In this document: positions 7,700-8,451 of the stretch, piece by piece | Position numbering within the stretch: the first letter of the stretch is position 1 | How the letters are laid out: every line of letters begins with the position of its first letter | Source of the DNA: Ascoidea asiatica JCM 7603 | Taxonomy: Eukaryota; Fungi; Ascomycota | DNA: 8,451 bases | Direction: 5' to 3' | NCBI GenBank assembly: GCA_001600695.1 | Contig: BCKQ01000003.1 | Coordinates: 44,441 to 52,891, forward strand | Notes under the pieces: generated by a model | The model's input: the letters and a program-made list of their open reading frames with translations, nothing else | Database searches by the model: none | Told to the model about the DNA's origin: nothing | Translations under genes and position numbers: made by a program

Positions 7700-8451
7700 C
7701 CATACAACGTAGATATTTCAATGTATAAAGTGGTCTGGAGGTACTATAAGAGAAGAAAAATAAAAAGTTTGGAGATTGGGATTTGGGGAAGTTAGTAATT
7801 TGTTGACCATGAAAGCACTTTAGGGAACGCCTTTAAGGTGGTATGGGGGTTTGTAGTCCTAAATGAATCGCCAATGGGCGTTAGACTTGCTCTAATGTTC
7901 GGAGGCAGGGATAAGGATGGTCGAGTGACCTTTAGTGAATTACTAGTGGAACTGGTTTTCAAAAAGGAAGGGCATTTTTGTCGGATCTAAGCGCCACGAT
8001 GATCGAGTGAAGGGTATAGGCTTCCGTAAAAAAGTTGTACTGCCCCTAATCTTTTGTCATAAGGGTGATGGGTGGATGTCTGTAGGGCCTTGGGTTCTCC
8101 TTGGTACCGTAGATGTTTGCCTTTAGCCTGAAAAGTCCCTGGGGGAGAGTTCTTTTCTCCTGGGGCAAGGATGGATTTCGGTGGATTATTAGCCTTGGCT
8201 AGTATTTTATCATTTCTATATATATATAAACTCGGGATCCACCGTATTGATGACCCATGTAATCTGAACGTCTATCGGAGCATGTAGTAGTCTTTATGGG
8301 AAGTCCTCTGCATGGGGGTTGATGGGTGCCGTGATTGAGGCTAGCGTTATACAGGGTGATTCCTAGTTAGTTCTCCTCGTTGCGTGGAAGGCCTTTAGAA
8401 GAAATTGGAGAGGGAAAATTCATGGGGGTACACCGATGGCTGGGACCTTTG
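7700..8451 (-). mobile_element. Degenerate non-LTR retrotransposon (LINE; RNase H-bearing, Tad1/I-like) 3' end of ORF2 plus probable 3' UTR
   Basis: Abrupt rise in GC (line 8281-8340 is 31/60 G+C) with a C-rich minus strand. An open minus frame 8271-7987 reads SIRWIPSLYIYRNDKILAKA (cf. RNase H WVPxHxGIxGNExADxLAKxA). It is followed by SIIVALRSDK (8006-7977; cf. LxQLRTGH) and SLDHPYPC (7928-7905; CCHC remnant). Junction position and clade are uncertain. Confidence 0.6.
8217..8228. repeat. (TA)6 microsatellite
   Basis: tatatatatata inside the otherwise GC-richer LINE-like segment. Confidence 0.75.

Noticed and set aside
1-8451. Alternative genetic code or stop readthrough making the elements intact
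   Set aside because: TAA, TAG and TGA all interrupt the frames and motifs are split by frameshifts, so this is ordinary pseudogenisation.
1-8451. CRISPR array, tRNA/rRNA, prokaryotic operon or paired LTRs
   Set aside because: No regularly spaced repeats, structured RNA signatures, intact genes or long direct repeats were seen by eye.

Overview
AT-rich (about 30% GC by eye) eukaryotic, probably fungal, transposon graveyard with no intact gene. It holds three decayed retroelements. (1) A Ty1/copia LTR-retrotransposon relic on the minus strand (~4210 to the left edge) with gag, protease (FVLDSEA), integrase (exact D-35-E spacing), a long linker and probably the start of RT at the edge. (2) A second, dissimilar Ty1/copia relic on the plus strand (~4604-7690) with gag, protease, HHCC/integrase and the N-terminal part of RT. 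It is strikingly compacted by frame-preserving deletions that removed two of the three integrase catalytic segments. (3) A GC-richer minus-strand fragment (~7700-8451) resembling the RNase H/CCHC 3' end of a non-LTR (LINE) ORF2, which cuts off element 2 before the YVDD motif. The two copia relics sit head-to-head across only ~400 bp of very AT-rich, partly symmetric DNA in which I see no LTR or PBS. The ORF-track entries are fragments or antisense shadows of these elements. All calls come from manual translation and motif recognition; boundaries are approximate.
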